A stretch of DNA of 64,000 bases from Adineta vaga (taxonomy: Eukaryota; Animalia; Rotifera): positions 16,492,001 through 16,556,000 of the forward strand of contig CP075494.1 of the NCBI GenBank assembly GCA_021613535.1. Reading direction: 5' to 3'. Position numbers and translations under genes: made by a program. Within the stretch, counting starts at the first letter, position 1, and each line of letters opens with the position of its first letter. This document shows, in pieces, positions 62,923-64,000 of this stretch. Below the pieces are notes generated by a model. The model worked only from the letters and a program-made list of their open reading frames with translations, was not told the origin of the DNA and did no database searches.

Positions 62923-63535
62923 TTGTTCGGACATATATATCCAAATTGTATTCTTGCCGAAGTTGTAACTTCGTCATTATATCTTGTCGAAGTTATTGTA
63001 TGATACTTAATTAGCATTGAACATCATGAAACTAACTTTTTTTTCTCAATATCAACTTTAAAAAACATTTTCTTGTATTAATAATGAATAGAATAATATT
63101 TATTGATATAGATTTTCAAAAATATACACATATAACAAAAAAATAACATAAATAGAAACCAGTACATTGAAGCTACTTGTTACCACATGTTGAAGAATTA
63201 TGGGAACGTGAATTGCATAAGACTTTAGCCTGTTTACATTTACATCTACTACTGGTGCAACCACCTTTGCATGAATATTTTAACAATCCTTGTTCACCAG
63301 TAATACTTTGACTTTTAGCAATTTCTCTCAATGATTTTTGTGTACCTTTATTAATATTTTCAATCAATAATGTTGGTATTCCAGGTGCTTTTGAAATTTG
63401 ATTAAAACTATAATAACCATTGATTAATCCATGTTCAATTCTCAACTTAAATTTATTATTTTGTATTTAGAGAATCACAGCGAGAACATTGCATGCGTCA
63501 GTTGGACCACGATCAACCTCTGGTACTGGTACCAA
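62923..63535 (-). mobile_element. Degenerate Ginger2/TDD-like (KRBA2/SCAND3-like integrase) transposon 3' fragment
   Basis: VPVPEVDRGPTDACNVLAVIL*...SLREIAKSQSITGEQG..YSCKGGCTSSRCKCKQAKVLCNSRSHNSSTCGNK*. The Cys-rich C-terminus is typical of these integrases, with one in-frame stop. A possible TGT terminus lies near 62923. Confidence 0.7.
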
Positions 63536-63536
63536 C

Positions 63537-63650
63537 TACCCAGCTCAACCAATCCGCTGATCCGATAGAATCCTATAGGATCCCTGGTGACGGAATCGAA
63601 TACGAATCCGACTGTCGGAATCCACTACACTTCCGATAATATCCGATGAA
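63537..63650. mobile_element. Probable end of a second DNA transposon interrupting the integrase fragment
   Basis: Coding similarity stops at TACCCAGCTC..., followed by GC-richer sequence with multiple ATCCG/CGGAATC subterminal-like repeats. Confidence 0.4.
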
Positions 63651-64000
63651 TTGAAAAAATTCTACAAATGCCTAATTTCTTTGTATTTTCTCGGATTACA
63701 AATCCTTTACTTATTCATTTGATATCTATCTCGTAGGATTTCTTTCGATTTCTTTTCGATTCAATCAAAATCCCTCACTTATATTTGCTATATGCTCGAT
63801 TAGAGTATGATTCATTTGGACTGGTTTAGGACCAAATGCCGATTATGTAGATTGTATAGTGACTTAAGGAAGGGATGGAGGAATATGATTGTTTTTTCGG
63901 ACTCTCAGAATGGCAGGAGATGAAATATATGAAAGAATGCCAATGTTAAAGTTGTTTTGTGTAGAATTAATCGAGTATTTCGGTGGAAAATGAACATTTT

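Noticed and set aside
1-64000. tRNA and rRNA genes
   Set aside because: None recognised by eye; tRNAscan-SE or Infernal would be needed to exclude them.

Overview
AT-rich eukaryotic genomic DNA with many short (about 50-70 nt) GT-AG introns. The gene repertoire points to a bdelloid rotifer (inference): LDLa/EGF-bearing rhodopsin-like GPCRs, FG-GAP/NHL/Kelch propellers, ART-TPR, F-box/LRR-like genes, bacterial-looking genes and TGTGGG/TGAGGG repeats. The window holds about 17 apparently intact or window-truncated genes, several pseudogene fragments and small transposon remnants. Four items stand out. (1) An intronless fusion of a clavaminate-synthase-like Fe/2OG oxygenase and a Cj0069-like ATP-grasp domain lies head-to-head with an ABCB/P-glycoprotein exporter across a short region with CRE and AP-1 sites, a candidate animal mini biosynthetic locus. 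(2) Three ~420-aa ORFs splice in frame into one protein with three TM-ectodomain-TM units, a candidate single-chain pseudo-trimeric channel or receptor, flanked by FG-GAP and GPCR genes. (3) A dispersed family of small inverted repeats built from telomere-like hexamers sits mostly at gene 3' ends and at truncation points. (4) A 28-repeat FG-GAP protein has an apparent nested 7+7+3+[7]+4 propeller layout. All family assignments come from motif recognition by eye; no database searches were run.
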